Positions 62,727 to 64,000 of a DNA stretch of 64,000 nt are shown here, one piece after another. How positions within the stretch are numbered: position 1 is the first letter of the stretch; each line of letters opens with the position of its first letter. The position numbers were made by a program, and so were the translations under genes. The notes under the pieces were generated by a model. It had not been told where the DNA came from. It did no database searches and saw only the letters and a list, made by a program, of their open reading frames with translations. The stretch is from Botryllus schlosseri (taxonomy: Eukaryota): contig CM119371.1 in NCBI GenBank assembly GCA_051294905.1, forward strand, positions 15,006,001 to 15,070,000. Reading direction: 5' to 3'.

Positions 62727-62909
62727 ATCAAAATGTCTTGACCAGTTACAACTGTTTAGCTAAACATAAACTTATCCTGCACCTTCATATTCTGTCAGGC
62801 ATTGGAAAATGGAAACATTTCTTCACTCTGCACCCTTTCACACCAAACATACTAGACAACAACTGAATCAAAACCACAAAACAACACATCAGCTACAGTT
62901 AGGATAGAG

Positions 62910-63700
62910 CAGAGGTCTCAAACACGCGGCCCGCGGGCCGCATGCGGCCCGCCAGAGCGTTTTGTGCGGCCCGCGACGACATTTTAGATTTTTAATACTT
63001 TGACAATGTATAGGCCTAAGTTTCACATATATCTTTTCAGGTTATAAAGTCAAAATTCCCTCTTAAATTGCCCCGAAATACTGAAACTATTCACCAAACT
63101 TCACTATCACATCAATTGCAAACGCTACCATGCAGTGGAAGATTCACTATTTCGCCATATTTCCAGTTCATGATAGCAAAACCTGACCCTTAGACGATTC
63201 CTGACTGAAATTTGTGAGTTGGACTTGGACGCGACCTTTCTTAGAATTACTCAGACTCGGGCTAACTCGATGCCAAAATGAAAATGACTCGAGTGGACTC
63301 GGAGTGACTCGGAATGCCGTGAATTTGTTAGAACCATGGACGCAACAAACTAATCGCGAATCAGGGGAATAGTAATAGATCAGAAGGTCGCAGCTTGGTA
63401 TTTCGCGAACTAAGCAAGTAGTTTTGGTAACCATTGGCAATCTGTCAGTTACATCTTTGGTCGCTAAACCATGTTATTAAGGGCACTTACAAGTACCGAG
63501 TACCGTATGTTGTACGCTCCAACGATGTAACAACAATGGCCCGTTCGGCGTCCCGACATTTCAATCACTAAGGCACAATCATTAATATATTTATATTATA
63601 TTTATATTTGTTTCTGCTCCTATATTTGAAGATATTTGGCTATGAGATTATTAGCCTACTTATCAGAAGTATACCGGAATCTTGGATTGGAATTACAATA
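62910..63700 (-). mobile_element. Inverted relative of 38000-39605 lacking the foldback insert
   Basis: Starts CAGAGGTCTCAAACACGCGGCCCGCG; collinear with the reverse complement of 39605-39216 and then 38538-38130; far end not identified. Confidence 0.75.
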
Positions 63701-64000
63701 CCCAACCTAAAAATGTTTTGATATCAAATCAGTATCTGTTATCAAACTGTTAAATTCAAAATATTCATAGTAGCTGCAAAATTATAACCCGATAGCTTTT
63801 ATGATGGCATCATACATTTGTCCGCCCATATTGTGGCTAAATCTTATAATTAATATATATCAAGTACAACAACAATTCTTTTCAAATAGTTATAAATGTG
63901 ATGATTCTTTTCGTGCCACGCCTGAATTTATACAAGAGTAAATCACATTTGACGATACTGTCAGCCTTTTGGATCGACTCATTTTCAATAGAACAATTCA

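Noticed and set aside
1..64000. Remaining 60-150 aa ORFs in the track
   Set aside because: No recognisable domains; most lie in MITEs or antisense to real coding regions

Overview
Eukaryotic (animal, probably marine invertebrate; inferred from TE content, not demonstrated) AT-rich, transposon-dense DNA. The only recognisable host genes are three paralogous BTB-BACK-Kelch genes with intronless CDSs. One is intact (55940-57544 +). One has two in-frame TGA stops near its 3' end (9415-11037 -). One is a frameshifted pseudogene split by a full-length I-group LINE with a 13-bp TSD (gene 16796-23632, LINE 16910-22102). Other elements: a probable Polinton/Maverick terminus (1-2745), a Penelope-like GIY-YIG relic ending in a minimal hammerhead-like ribozyme, and a Ty3/Gypsy element (30325-35352 -, TSD CATGG) with no tRNA PBS but a 14-bp PBS/LTR complementarity suggesting Tf1-like self-priming. 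There are also a multiply interrupted hAT transposase, a Chapaev3-like relic, R4/Dong and CR1/L2-type LINE 3' fragments, a tRNA-headed SINE, a P-like foldback element and about 20 hAT-type MITEs, most with readable 8-bp TSDs and often nested 2-3 deep. Family assignments rest on recalled motifs and were not checked by database search.
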